DNA from: Takakia lepidozioides
Taxonomy: Eukaryota; Plantae; Bryophyta
DNA: 64,000 nt
Reading direction: 5' to 3'
Assembly: GCA_030704615.1 (NCBI GenBank)
Contig: CM060734.1
Coordinates: 1,054,001-1,118,000, forward strand
How positions within the stretch are numbered: position 1 is the stretch's first letter; each line of letters begins with the position of its first letter. The position numbers and the translations under genes are program-made. The notes beneath the pieces are model-generated. The model did not search any database. It saw only the letters and a program-made list of their open reading frames with translations, and was not told where the DNA came from. This document shows positions 39,001 to 53,400 of this stretch, piece by piece.

Positions 39001-40730
39001 CAAATACATCTGCGTCATCCCCCAACCAAAAAGTGGCTGTTTGACACTGTCGTCAGCCCTGCTACCATCTATGGTTGTGAGTTCTGGGCACCTGGTGTCC
39101 CTGTCTCCTGGTGGGAAAAGAATTTGGAGCCATTACAGTCATCTTTTCTCCAAGCAATGCTTGGCGCCAGGAGCACAACTCCATCTCAGATCCTAGGGGC
39201 AGAGTTCGCATGTGTACCATTGCAATCCGAGGCCCTCTTCCGGCTTACAATCTTTCTCCATAGATTACAGGCCCTTCCACCCAAGGGGCTCGTGGCAAGG
39301 GCCCTCACAACATCTATGAGGCTCAAAGCTGCAGGTTTCAGGAACTCCTGGTATGCTCGAGTGGACAGTTTATTTCAACGTAACCGACTTTCTACTGCTT
39401 TCCTATTACCAATGAATCCAGATGAGGTGGACATCAGTCCAGACATGACCGCAACAGACTCATTAGGAGAGAGCTTATGGAATTACATGTCCAGAGAACT
39501 TGGACGCTACCCAATCTCACAACAAAGCTCCACTTCTATCGAGAGACATTCTTGGTGCTCCACGACAATAGAATCTTGAGACCAAATTACCTTTCAGCAT
39601 CCTTATCTCCTTCCCTCCTGAGGGCATTGGGGCGGTTCAGGGTGGGTTCCCACAACCTACGGATAGAGACTGGCAGATGGGAAAACCTGCAACGGGAGGA
39701 CCGCCTATGTCCAGCTTGCATAGGGCGCAGCCAGGAAATCGAAACTGAAGAACACTTCTTCTTCTACTGCCCTCTATACTACGAGATCCGTGGGAGATTC
39801 CACTGTTTATTCAGTGGAACTCAAACTCTCACTGATGTCTTCCACTATGAGGATCAAAAATGCTTGGCAGCCTACCTGCACGAGGCCTTCACCCTTCGAC
39901 ATTCGCTAGAACATTAATTGTGGTTTCTGGACTTGTTCCTCTCTCATGTTTCCATTTTGTCCCATAAGCTCTATGAGCTTTCCGCGGACATTATAAAGTA
40001 CCATTTCATTTCATTTCATTTCTTATCTAGAACATAGATAATGTTCTTGCAGTCTTTCCACAAGAGCAAGAAAGAAACTTAGTCTGGCCACAGGAAGGCA
40101 TCTGAATCCGACACCTCGGTCAGTTAACCAACCTTGAGAGGCGAAACAACATCCAGATTCGAGTTGGCGTTCTCCTTGGCCTCCCTCAGCAAATTAAAGT
40201 GAGCAACATCCAGATCCATAGCACTGCGATTTGGAATAAATCGATCTCCCTGCTTTTCAGAGAACCTCTGCGTTATAATCCCCCCATGCAATAGCACATC
40301 GGAGCAGAAAAGAGTGTCTTTTATCAGCACCTGGAACCCTATCAATTAGGCAGTATGGCATATCTGAGTAAATACAAACAGTGTTGACCGAAAGAAACAT
40401 GGATTGATTTGCCGATACAAAATTGTCATGTCGTGAGTTGGAAGAGTAAAGACCAGTCTGAGGTCTGAATTCAAAGAAAAGTTAAAAGAACAAGGTTGCT
40501 TTTGAAGTCTTTCAATGAGAATTGAAATTATACCCAGGCACTAAAGCGCACACACGCAGAGGGAAAGAGATAGGTGCCTGTGTCTTGCGTGAAGTTTTTG
40601 ATGCAAAATGTGTCGGAACTAAACGCGCAGGAGGGGAGAAGGGCAATTCAGCCAGCTGTTGCCTTTCAGTGGGCCCCATCCCATGCCTCTTTGCTGGTGG
40701 TGTTGACAGCATTGCTCCACCTCTTCTCAT
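36096..40730 (-). CDS. CDC20: Cell division cycle 20 (Fizzy) WD40 APC/C activator; start codon uncertain
   Basis: Approximate exons 40730-40577, 40249-40133 (C-box DRFIPNR, KEN), 38889-38719 (KILSF), 38481-38212 ([16 protein letters not shown]), 37741-37638, 37303-36976 ([16 protein letters not shown]), 36645-36496 and 36239-36096, ending in an IR tail (..SINIR*). Confidence 0.95.
38960..40022 (+). mobile_element. 5'-truncated LINE 3' end, antisense within a CDC20 intron
   Basis: [50 protein letters not shown], followed by an (ATTTC)n tail. Confidence 0.85.
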
Positions 40731-43700
40731 ACCTGACTCCCAGATACGCCTGCTTAGTTTCCCCAACCCCAGTCCTGACCAGCCCTCAATTGTCAATTAG
40801 AGAAAACTTACGCTTATTCACTTCAACTTAGCTTAAAATCGCTTGTAAATTTTGATCAGACATCAATTATCCAACTAAGTATTAGATAGTAGCATCCATT
40901 GAGGAATAGAACAGAAATGCATCTGGCGAAACATGCAAACATGTCAGCATATAGACGGAGGATGAGGAGAGGAGATGGTTAAATCCACGCAATGGCATCC
41001 TCTCTTCAAAAAGTTTGCTTCTTCATCTCTCTCACGGTACTAGCATCACCAAATCATAGGCAAATTCCAAGATACGAGTGCAATCAGCCTTCACAGGAAA
41101 GGCTTGTGAGCCAAAGTCAGATCGCTTTATTAGAGATCACCAGCACAAGTACAAAAACGTCATTTCTACGAACATCGGTACATTCACTGACGTACGTGCA
41201 CTAGACAGGGCCGGATGTGGCGTGAAAGAGGAAAATCTTCAAGACTATAATTCAAAACTCTCATCTGAAACATGGACTGAACCCCTCCCCACACAAAGCT
41301 CAGTAACTCCTTCAATTGGAAAATGCATGAAAGGATCTAACTAAGAACGGGACTCGGAACAACTCGCAAGCAGGGGGAGAGAAGAGAGACATCAGGACAC
41401 AAAATAACTGCTCACAAAGAGGGACTCTCACACTAAACCAACAGGCAAACTGAAATATGCTTAAAATAACGAACAATGAGATAAACTTAAACCGGACGGA
41501 GAACGAGAAAACGACCGAACCACAACCATTGAAACATAGGAAAACATGAGAAAGACGAGACGCTGCTGATGGAGAAGGCTACAGAGGAGAAGCGCGGGCA
41601 GAGAGACGAGAAGAGAATGGGGCGGGCAAGTTACCGGTCACTTTGGCGTGTAAATAAGTAAAATGCTTTTAACAAAAGAAATAAAGCGAGCGTGGCTTTA
41701 GGGTCGTCTTCTTGTCCAAACTATGTGCGCGTTCTTCCGTTGACACTCTGCGCTCTCCCCCTTCATTGCGCACCTCCAAGGACTTTGCGAACACTCAGGC
41801 AAGATTCACTCCCACATCTTCAATCTGTATCTATATATACCTCTTGAAAGCACACAAAGTCTTCCAATTTTGTTGTGTCTCGACATTTGGTGGATCTACG
41901 GTTTAAAGCCAATGAGGTGAACCTGACTTTTTTCATCTATTTCCGTCCTTGCTGACATCGAGAGGCCCGTGCATTGAATTTGGATTGGTTGGTTTCCGCC
42001 GGGAGGTGTGAGGAAAAGTTATGGTCTCAGCTGCTCTAAAGAGTGTAATGCCAGTTCTGGCAAAGTATCTCCTTGATATGATTTGATAGCTCCGACTTAT
42101 CATGATGGTTCCTAAACTGTTATGGCTGCTTGGAAATGCTGAGAAGCATATCCAATTGCCTTCCCACATTGGCGAATTGTGGAGTCCTTTCTTTGTTAGT
42201 GTATGAAAGCCAAGGTAAGATGTGGTTTACTATGTACAACCATATTTCCTGCTCGGAAATGCAGAAAAAGCAGCTTCAATTGCCTTACACACATGCCAAT
42301 TCTGCAGTCCTTTCTTGTCAATGGCATGTAGTCTGAGAGTGAGGAAATTTGTGGTTTACTATGTACAACCATATTTGCAACGTGGACATGGGTGTGTTCT
42401 CTAGGAACAGACACAGCAGGAAAATTAATCAAATATTAGTCGGATCAGTGCTAACATCACTCAATGTGATCCGTAATCCCTGTTGAACGTTTGGGCACCC
42501 TTCACAAATCGGGGCACGCCTGACGGCAGAGCTCGGGCCACATTTGCTCCCTCCTCAAATTTAGCATCTTAATGTAGAGGCATCTATACCACTGAGTATG
42601 ATATATAAAACTTAGCTACACACTCTACATTGTCGGAGATCTATAGGTCTTGGTCATCAAGAACATTTTAGGGTTTACCATGTTACTCAAACTTTGGGTA
42701 AGCTTGGATACTGGTTGTCTTTCAGAATTAGGTTTAGTTGAAGGGAGCCAGCATCTCACTCACAGGGGCAATTTCTTGGTGCAAGATGTAAGGTTGATTG
42801 CACCATAGCTTTTGCTTTTGCATCAACCTTACCAAAAGAAGCTTTTAGTTCGCTGTGCATGGATCAATGCTGGAGGGAATGTTTTCAATGCTTCTGACTG
42901 CTTTTCTGTTCTTGAGCATGTTGGATAAATGTGTATAGCATGTCCACTTCTGCAGACTTCAAAACCTGTACTCCTCTTCTGTGAACCTGCAAAATGCCAA
43001 TCTTGGCTCTTCCAGCCTAGGGATTATACATGAAAAGTGAGCTAAAACAATTGTACATACTTCATCCCGAAGCTTTTTCCCATGTGATCCTGAATCGTAA
43101 TTTGAGTTACAACTGTGTGTGGATATATATGACATCAAATTGAGGTTCATATGTAAGGATTACAGTGCACAGGTGCCGACTATCTATTCCTGGGAATCTC
43201 TTCTTATATAGGTTGGAGGTGTTGAAGATAAACATTTGCTACTTACTGCAGGATATTCATAATACATTATTTTCTGAATATCTTGTCTTTCACTTTAGCC
43301 TTCTCTTATCCTGGTAGGTCATGGATGCTTCTCTGCCAGTCACAGGATACTGGATTCAACAGAGTGAGGTGGATGGTAGTTTGGCATGGACAAATGCTCT
43401 GTAACCAGTGGCTAGCTGACAGATAAGAGACTCAAGCACTGTTCTCACAAAAGCTGAGGAAGCTACAGGTTTTTGTGTTTGTCAGATCCACAAGGGATAG
43501 ATGTCACCTGTGAGAGACAGGGACTGAACAATTCCAAAGCAAGTGTGCCATGTTTTGCCGCAGTTTGGGGCCGTGGAGGCTTTTACTCACTGGTGAGCAA
43601 CTTGTCCAACCTCTCATGACTTGCTGCAGCCCTGCATGCAAATATGATCTGGGTGGGGAGAGGGTTTGAAGGTATTGAAAAGGAGTACGACTGGAGAATT

Positions 43701-44169
43701 TATTGCTGAGTATAATCCATAACACATACACATGTACACAAGTACTCCTCGTTTGGTAGGAGGTTCAGGTTCTTTTTTAACATTTCAGGGTGTGGCTTCT
43801 GGTTGTGACTGACGACGACCCTATGTCTTTCTCAAGGAAACCTAGTCAAGCTCAGAGAACATGCACATGCAAATCATGGGAGGCCATTTCGATGCACATC
43901 ACAGACTGAATTGTTAGGTTCCCTCTTGATTCCAATGCTTAGATGGGCTTGATTCAGGACTGAACAACTTGAGCACTGAATCAGCCTTGCGGGCTTAAGC
44001 TAATGGTACTTTATGGATGCAGTGCTTGCCATCTCAGCAACAGGTCTTGTAGCTGCGTCTGTGGCACCGGTGTCATACTGCTATGCTTTGAACAAGGACA
44101 ATCAACTCTATGATTTTGTATCCTTACTTAAGGAATCAAATCCATTATGAAATGATGAGGTTGGAGGGC

Positions 44170-47100
44170 TGTGAGAAAAAGGAGAGAGAATGTACTCATA
44201 AGACGTTGTTTGCCATAGCCTTGTGGCCATAGAGCCCGCGCCCAGTTTGGGTGGAACAAAAGAGGGAGAGAATGTACTCATAAGACGTTGTTTGCCGTAG
44301 CCTTGTGGCCATTGACCCCTCACCCAGTTTGAGCGGAACACAAAGGGACAGAACCTACCTATGTCAGGGGCTGACGCCGGTAGTAAGACTTACCTTGGAA
44401 TAAACAATTGATCCGGGTTTTCCAGGTATCCTCGACACAAGCATCAACCTTCTGTGTGTGGTTTGCCCAATACTAGGCCCCAAAAGGGCCTGGGCTTTTG
44501 GCTCAGCCTCGAGACTTTCAAAGTTGGTAAACAGAGGTTAAGAGAGCGTCTCTCTGGTGAGAGAACTCTGGACAATGAATCAGGAAATGAATATTGTCTT
44601 CAGGTTGCCCATACAACAGGCAATTTCACTCTCCCTTTCCTCTCTGCTTCTTCAAAGGTAGGCTTCCCGCCCTGAGTCTAGTGCCGAGAGTGGGTGGGTA
44701 GACCCTTGAGGTCATCCATGATGTCCTCCCCCATCAAAAGAGAGATTGTACTCATAAGACGTTGTTTGCCGTAGCCTTGTGGCCATTGACCCCGCGCCCA
44801 GTTTGAGCGGGAACAAAAGGGACAGAACCTACCTCTGTCAGGGGCTGACGTTGGTAGTAAGACTTACCTCCATATAAAGAATTAATCCTCTAGAAATCCC
44901 TTCACACAAGCATCAATCTGCTGTGTGTGATTTGCCCAAAAACTAGGCCTCAGGAGGGCCTGGGCTTTTGGCACAGCCTCGAGAATTTCAAAGACAGGGG
45001 TACAGGCACAATTCCCTTAATAGATTTGAAGAGAGCGTCTCTTTGGTGAGAGAACCCCGGACAGTGTATCAGAAAATGAATACTGTCTTCAGATTGCCCA
45101 CACAACGGGCAATTGCACTCTCCCTTTCCTCTCTGCTTCTGTTTGCTGTTCAAAGGTAGGCTTCCTGCCCTGAGTTTAAATTTCAGTCTAGTGCCGAGAG
45201 TGGGTAGACCCTTGAGGTCATCCAAGATGTCCTCCCCCATGTCACAGACTGGAAACAAGTTCAGGGAAGTTTTCTGCCTAACTTCATTTTCATCAGACAA
45301 TCTCATGGCAACAGACATGGCATCGGACACTACAGCCTCTAAGTCAGATTTATCCAGCAGGGTCAAGACTTGTGGATCCAGGTCCAGGTCCTTGAGGATC
45401 TCTTACTACTCTCTTCTGCCAGGACTTAGCCTGTTTGACAGGGCGGTCCTGTTTCCAGATATAGAGTCGATTAACTTAGGATATCTGGTGTTGGGCATAT
45501 GTTGCAGCTGACCCCACCATCTGACCTTGAATTCATCTCGTCAACTTAAGGACGGAATGCCAAACTCACCCCGAACAGCCACATTGGCTGTTTTGGAGCA
45601 TGCTGACATACACTCCTTAAGCACCCCCACTTGAATGGATTCTAGAGACTTAGCCTGGTTGGAGTTATCAACCCATATAGCAGATCCGTACTCCAAGGCA
45701 GGTCTAATAACGCGACAAAGCATGGTTTTCTTAACCTCAGAGTTGACCCCTCTGCAGTGGAAAAATTTAGTGAGCCCCAGAGCTTTGCCCTTGCCAGTTT
45801 GAACAACTTTCCGGATATGTGCATCCCAATTACAATTGGAGGAGAACTCAACGCCCAGGTAAGTGTAGGAAGGGAGGACTGGGATCTCTTGGCTACCCCA
45901 CTGCCACTTAAGATCACTTCCTCCCTCTCCTCTGTCGTTGAATGCTACCACTGCACATTTGCTGACATTAGCCTCTAGCCCCCAAAGATCAAAGTATCTC
46001 TTCGCACAATCAATCAACTCCTGGAGATTGGTTGGAGTCTCCCCTATGCCTGCGAAGTCATCCGCAAACATAAGGGCTGGTATGGTGGTATCACCCACCC
46101 TTAACCCAAATCCCTCACTTTCCACATCCTCGAGGAGTTGATTGATGAAAACATTGAAGAGCAGAGGGAGAGAGTACATCCTTGAGCTACACCTTGGTCT
46201 ATGTCAAAGAAGTTGGACTTCTGTCCGTTAACAGTGACACAGCTTTTGGTGTGAGCATACAAGTTGTGGACAACTCTCCACATCTTTCCCTTGATCCCAC
46301 AAGACCAGAGGCGGAACCATAGGCCATCTCTCCACACTGTGTCATAAGCCTTTTTGACATCCAGGAAAAAGACATAAGTGGGTTTCCCTTCTTTTTTCCT
46401 TCCCTGGATAATCTGGCTTAGAGTGAAGATATGATCCACACAGCCCCTGTTTCGCCGAAAGCCAGCTTGGCCTTCGTGGAAACAACCTCTAGACTCCAGA
46501 TCAACCTCAAGACGAGTACTTATAACTCTGCAGAATGTCTTGCCAACAGCATTGAGGAGCGTGATGCCACGGTAGTTCCCGGTTCTTCTCTGTCACCCTT
46601 CTTGTATAGATTGACAATGACCCCCTGTCGCCAGCGAAAGGGATCATTTCAGTCTTCCAGATAAGGTTAAAGAGGAGAACTAGGGCCTCTATCATGGGAT
46701 CGCCACCGTGCTTGATAAGCTCGTTGACAATACCATCAGGTCCACCAGCTTTATATCCATTTAAATGTTCAATTGCTTCCACAATCTCAGAAGAACTAAT
46801 GGGAGCATTATAAGCCATTGAAATATACTCCAGTTCATCAGGGCTGTTTTGAATCATAGGAACAGTTTTTCCAACTGTGTCCCTCCATTCAGCAGAAGAC
46901 CCCTCACTGTTAGACCTAGAAGTTCTGCCAAGGATACTGTAGTGAGTTTCAAAGGTTTTGACAATGTCAACCGATGAAGTCACCACTGCACCTTTAGTAG
47001 TCTTCAGCGCTTGTACTTGCTGACCGTTTTTCGGCTTGTACAAACGTTGAAGGGCCAACCAGAATTTCTTGTCATTACCACCATGGTGGTTTGAGTTTAT

Positions 47101-49200
47101 TTCACTGTATAACTTGTCCCAGTATAATTTCTTCTGAGACCTAACAAGCTGATTGATATCTTTACGGAGCTGGTAGTACCTCGCCCACAATTCTCTGTTG
47201 GTTTCCAAATTGCAGCACTCTTTATAGAGGGCTCATCTCTCAGCTATCTTGAGTGTAATCTCATTAGTCCACCAATTAACTGCTCTACCGCAGACAATTA
47301 GTTTCCTCCCAATGATCTTGTCAGCCACGGAGGAAACGAAACTCTCCCAAGAGTCCACTGCTCTTTCGACTTCATTTCTTGCGTTAACAGAGCGTGACTG
47401 AAGTTCTTGGAGCGATTGGACAAAATGAGGGAGAGCCTCTTGCAAGGCCTGGACGTACTCAGCCTTGACCTCCTCATTGTGGAATTTTTCTATGCGCCAC
47501 TTCTGAATCGAACGTTTCACAGATCTCTTGGTGGTGGGAAAACACCTTTTGATCTCAGTCCAAACCAGGAAGTGGTCAGAAGTTCTGTCGATCAACACAT
47601 TGGCACACTGGGGGAACAAAATTTTGTCCATTATGATATAGTCCACAATGGAACGTTCCCCAGTTCGGGGTTTCTCACGAGTCCACTGCACTTGGTCACC
47701 TCTTGTCCTGTTATTCAAGGTCAAAAACTGAAGCTCTTCTAGACAGTTAATTAACCGTCTGCCATTAGAATTCAGCTCGTCCTCACCAAAAGGTCCAATG
47801 ATATCGTCCTGATGGATCCCTTTGCCCACCCGGGCATTGAAGTCCCCCAATAGTACCACCTGACCTTTGGCAAGGAACGAAGCACAGTCCAGCTTTACAT
47901 CTTCGAAGGCCTTGTCTGCGTCAGCACTAAGGGTCCCCTCTGTGGGCATGTAAACACAACCAACAAAGAGGTCCTTTGTACTCATGCCGCCCTTCAAATT
48001 CAGCTTTAGCCAGATACTATGCTCGTACCTCAAACCCTTGTTGATAATTTCACAATTGTCAAACAAGAAATCACGGACAAAGAATCCAACCCCTTTTTGA
48101 CCGCGTTTGGCAGAGGCTGCCTTGAGAGTACACATCTTACCTGCCCATTTATAACCAATGACATCTCCACCAGTTTATCCGACGTTTCCCATGTTTCTTG
48201 CCCAGCACAGATATGAATATCATTAGTCCGAAGAACTTGTCCCACTTCAAGTTGTTTCCTTTGGTTGGTCAACCCTGAGAAGTTGAAAGTGGCCAGCCGC
48301 AAGCCAGCCCTTTGCGTGTGAATTGTTTGTCGTCTAGGTAGCTTATGATTGCTCCTGGACGGCCAACCGTTCTGCAGAGGGGGGACAGCTACCCCATGTG
48401 TAGATTTTGCTCGTCTTGTGTAAACTTTGAGAATTGGTAAACCATTCAGGGTACCAAATCTTTCAGTTACATGACGCACAGGCTCCGCACACATAGGGGC
48501 AGATTGTCCGTCAGACTGCTTGGGGACAATTACCCCGTGTATAGATTTTGCTCGTCTTGTGTAGACTTTGAGGATTGGTAAACCATTTAGAGTACCAAAT
48601 CCTTCAGTTACACGACGTTCAGGCTCTGCACACTTAGGGACTGATTGTCCATCTGACGGCTTGGGGACAATTACCCCGTGTATAGAATTTGTTCATCTTG
48701 TGTAAACCTTGAGGATTGGTAAACCATTCAGAGTACCAAATCCTTCAGATTCAGGACGTTCAGGTTCCGTACACTTAGGGGCATCTTGTCCTTCTGGCTG
48801 TTTGGATTCAACCTCATCCAGAGCATCAAACCGATTAGAAACTCTCAAGTTGAAGTTGTTGCCCTTGGTTGTCTTCCTAGAGCGCCCCATTGAATCACCA
48901 ATGTCTAAGACCGCTCTCCAGCCAGTCAAGGGACGAACTTCTTTGAGATTGAATTGATGCGGGACTCTATTAGAAGCACTTTTGGTCATTGCAACCTTCA
49001 ACGTACCCCTGTTATCAAGTCTCGAGATGGTACCATTAGCCATGAAATCCAAGCCTAAGCTAGAGCATGTAGTTTTAAAGGACACATCGTCCATCCTGGC
49101 AAAAACTACACATGAAGCCCTAGATTTGGCATAAGTAACCAATTCCCAGGGATCACCCTGAGGAGTGTTGATGTTGATAGGAGCTAAATTTTTGATTGTT
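44170..49200 (-). mobile_element. Near full-length APE-type LINE (ORF1 remnant, endonuclease, RT), degenerate
   Basis: EN: ATFNFSGL, GQETW, LLGDFNARVG, VDYII, SDHFLV. RT: FLDVKKAYDTVWRDGL, GVAQGCTLS, MFADD. C-terminal CPLC..H...C. Frameshifted. Confidence 0.9.
48375..48790 (-). repeat. Three tandem ~138-bp repeats in the LINE 5'/ORF1 region
   Basis: Each encodes FGTLNGLPILKVYTR. Confidence 0.8.
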
Positions 49201-49210
49201 TTCGCAGGCC

Positions 49211-49212
<2 letters not shown>

Positions 49213-49250
<38 letters not shown>
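49213..49250. repeat. (GA)n microsatellite
   Basis: Seen directly. Confidence 0.9.
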
Positions 49251-49251
<1 letters not shown>

Positions 49252-50491
49252 AGCCAGAATAGGCAGGAGGCATGGGGTGTTCTCTTTGACAGTTGCCGAA
49301 GACCAGTTGGATTGGGAAGGAGTTTCCATTTGAACTAAAGGTTTGTTCTGTCCCTTTGCATAAGAAAGAAGGTTTCATTCTGGCCCACTCGCTCCATCTG
49401 TAGTCCATACTTCCAGTTACGGTGGTTTCTCACTGCCCGTCTCTTTTGAATCCACCTGACAACTAGATTTCTCCTCAGTGGCTTTTGAAGTGGGAGTCAT
49501 GCTTACCTTGGCCACCACCCTGTGGTATACTGCAGGATTTGGATTTGACGTATGTGCTCCGTTTCTGCAAAGATTCGGAAGTCAGAAGTGGTGAAGTAAG
49601 TTTCTTGCAGTTCCCTCTGGATGTGCTAGCTGCATTTCTCGTGCTTTGTGAGTTGAGCTTATAGGAGTCTCTAATTCGGACATGTTGACTATGCAGGGCT
49701 ATGTGAGTTACGGCCAGTTTTCCCCTGCATATTTTTCTGCAAGTGGCAGTGATGTTGATTTTGTGCAAGTACGTAATGCTCGAAATTTTAAGGGTTTAAG
49801 CTTGTTTGTGTGGAATCTGAAACTGCTCTTGAAGTTAATCAGCTGTATTGAGGGAAATAATGGATCACAATCTTATCGATACACTATTCTCATGTTTCTG
49901 TCTGTTACTGTCAATAGTATATAAATAGATTTGGCCCCTGATCTGTTACGGTTCCATGCGCGAGCAAATTCACATGACGATCTCAATGTTTGTGCTGGAT
50001 CGGGAAAGGTTGGGTGGTTGAGTAATGTTCACCTTGCGCAGGAGTACAGACGTGGGGATTTGAGAGGGTGTGAGAAGCATGGGTATGACTTCAGCGGTCG
50101 CAACACACTGGTATTTTTTACTGCCTGGTCCCTTGACGCAGCCCCATTAACGATCACTAACCATTTCCCATAGTGTGTATAGTATCTTGCGCTGTCAACT
50201 GTAAAGGTGATCTATGCGAGTGAGCGCGATTTGTCGTTACATCCAACTTACTGCAGTCATGTCTCTCATGTGTTGGCAAGTTTTTATTTCTCTCCTATCT
50301 TGTTGAGCAACCAACCTTAGATACGTCTCCCCCTTCGTTTCTTAAGGAGATACTGTGGGCAAAGATAAGTGCCTAAGGATGATTAAGTTCATATTCATCT
50401 TTCAGTGTTAAGATTGAACTTGAATATGTGATGTCAGTGGTGTGGATTGTTTTCCCCTGATCTACTGGTAGCCGAATGTTTTCTTCCACAG

Positions 50492-53400
50492 GTTTACCTT
50501 ATTTGTGGCTCATGTCCAGGGAGCTCTTCTTGTACAGGTGAGAGCTCTTTGTGGCCCTTGTTGTTCCTGTTGAAGACAATAATATCACTTAGCTTTGAAG
50601 TAATCATATCATAAGGGTGACAAGTCTGGGCCTCAGTGATGCTTGCAATGGCCATAAGAGGTGTAGTTTGGAAAGGTAGGGCTGAGTCCAGATGTTACTT
50701 AACTCTGAGCCTAAAATGTTCTGGTTGGGTGTGTGGATTCCAGACAAGTTTGGCTGCGTCTGCAGTGTAATTTTTGATCAAGAAAAGTGCATGTGAGTCT
50801 GAGAATCACTGTTTACCCTGTAAAAACTGCCAAACCCTGTAGGTTGTGTTGTCATAATTCTCCAGTTTTAATGACCGTGTGGAATAAAGGGACATCTTTG
50901 GAGGGATTGCTATGGGCTAGGCTGGGGACTCATTCATAGGCTTGTAGATTTGGCTAAGAAATCAATTGGAAGTATATAAATGTCTGGCTAACCTCAGTGC
51001 AAACATCCTACTGATAGCTGAGATGATAAATGATGTTTAAGAGCATACTCATGGAAGGACTTCTCCTATTACTGCTAGACCACCTTAGAATCCCACTTGT
51101 TAATTTTTTTTGGCATGACTAGGTTTTGAAGTGTGTTTGCATCTTTAGTCAATATGATTGATTTCTGAAGCTTTTGCTGAAACTTGTTGGCATTTGCTGG
51201 GGTTCTGACAGGGCTACTATCACTCTGGCCATCACTTGTGTGTTGGCTGGCCCACGGGTCTTAAGTGGTTTCACTGCTGGCTTTAGTCCGCGGGGCAAGG
51301 AGGTGGTATGTACACAAAGTTACTCTGTCCTTTGGGGGGTTCGGGGGAAGGGGATAGGGGGGGATGACTCTGTATACAAGGTTTGCAGGGTTTTTGGCTG
51401 TCCATCTTTTATCCAATCATGCAAGAAAGTACTAGATCATACATTAAGTTTTGTTAACGTCCATCCTGGTATGGCAACCTGTGTCATTTTGAACTTTATT
51501 GATCTGTCGCAGTCTATGGGTTGATGAGTATGAGTTTTCAGGAACAAGTTTTGTTGTACGGGTGCCATGTAAGCAGGTGGAAAATGGCATCACACAGTGG
51601 GGGTATGAATCTGTGCACACTGACTACAGGTACTTGGGAGAATATGTTGCTCTATTCTTGTGCCTTGGCTCTTCTTTTCAAAGGATCTACTTGATATTTC
51701 TTTGTTCCCCAAGTATTTTTTACCCATCACCATGATTACCAACAGTCGGATTTGAACTCCAGGAACTCAGTGCTCCCATAAATCTTTTAGCAGATTTGAC
51801 AATTAGTAAGAAACAAGTCAACAAATTTTCAAAGGATGCTATATATATATATATAATTAGTTCTGCTTTTATTTATGTCAGACTATACAACGTTGTGATG
51901 TATGCTTTGGGGTCAGCAATGTGAGAGCTCTCGATTGCATTTGGTATAGCATATCCAACATTGGACAATCAGAACTGTCTAACATTGTTTGTCATGTGTA
52001 TTTTTGTTATCTGCAACTACAATGGTTTATGGAACACTGAACAACGGCACTTTTGTTGGCAGTTTTGGGACTCAGCAGTCACGAGTTTATCTATATTTCA
52101 CAGCACCTGTCATCTTTGCCAGTAGCATTGACAAGCCCTCGTTTAAGGTATGAGGATGCTCCTACCTAAACTTTTTTCCCATTGTTGTTGAGAGCTGTTT
52201 CCACTTCAGCCTTGGTTCATCATACACAGCTGGGGGATATATACTGACATTACAGTTTGTTAATGTCCTGAAGTCACCTCTTATTCTGCTCTCTATATGT
52301 TCTTGCAAGGTGTATCCCGAGAAAGGCTTGAGTGTCCAACTTTTGGGTACGGGTGCTGTTGGATCTGCACCCACAACGGAGTCGCCCACCATTTTGCAAG
52401 TCGACTGGCGATGTGTGCAAATTCCTCCACATCACCACTGCCCTTTTGTGTCATTTTGTACCCGTCCTTGATCTTCACAACATCAAATGTCAGTTGGGTG
52501 ACCCAAATAGTCAACTAGCACGCAGAACGAGTCTGTAGCTTGACCTAGAGCTCACATCTTAAGCGAGAATTTGCTTCCTGGAATAGATGGATTCATGTTG
52601 CTGTAAAGTTAGGCTTCATCTACCAAAAACTCTAAATCCCCATCTTCTTACTTGATTAGTCATCGACTGACATCGGTTACCAGCCAAAGTCCCTCTGTAG
52701 GATGGGAGGGGTGGCCATTGGTTGCTGGGCATCCTCTTGCAAGCTTACTTGAGAGGGCCCTTGTTGGCACAACTGTGCATGCCTCGATTGAATTTGAGCT
52801 GCTACTTTTGTGCCTTATGTCTCACAGCTAGTTCCTTGTGTTTTGAGGAAGCTTGTTAGTGTCTGGCCATTTTATGTCACAATTGTGACTTTTGGCTTGC
52901 AGGTGACAAGACAGCAGCAGACCCTTACATGGTCAATGTGACAGTTCCTGTGAAAGACTTTGACCCTGTTATCTTCACTCTTGGCAAGCGCTGTGGTAAG
53001 ATACTCCTCTACATTGTTCACTTTTGTTGATGTACATGAGAAACCATGGTTTTTTCTCACAAAGTATGTGCTTAATGAAGTTGGCCAAGTTGTTTTTACT
53101 GTGCAATGGACATGCAATCAACAGATTACAAGCAGGAGGTGGAAAAGACCGGGTCGAATGGGTGGGCAACTTTTGGTGTGCTCTCATGCATGTATGGTCA
53201 CCCTCCCTAATCTTTATACCTCATTTTCCCTCTCTGCCTGTTCCATGCAGACACATGTTCAATGTACTGTGCTATCTGGTCTATACTGCTTTGAAGTTGA
53301 GTTACAAAGCTTTCTGCAAAGACGGGTTGATGAGTCTGTGGGCTTCCTCCAGTTTTACTGTGATGATCACAATGTTCTGCTGTGCCGGCTTTCTTTACAA

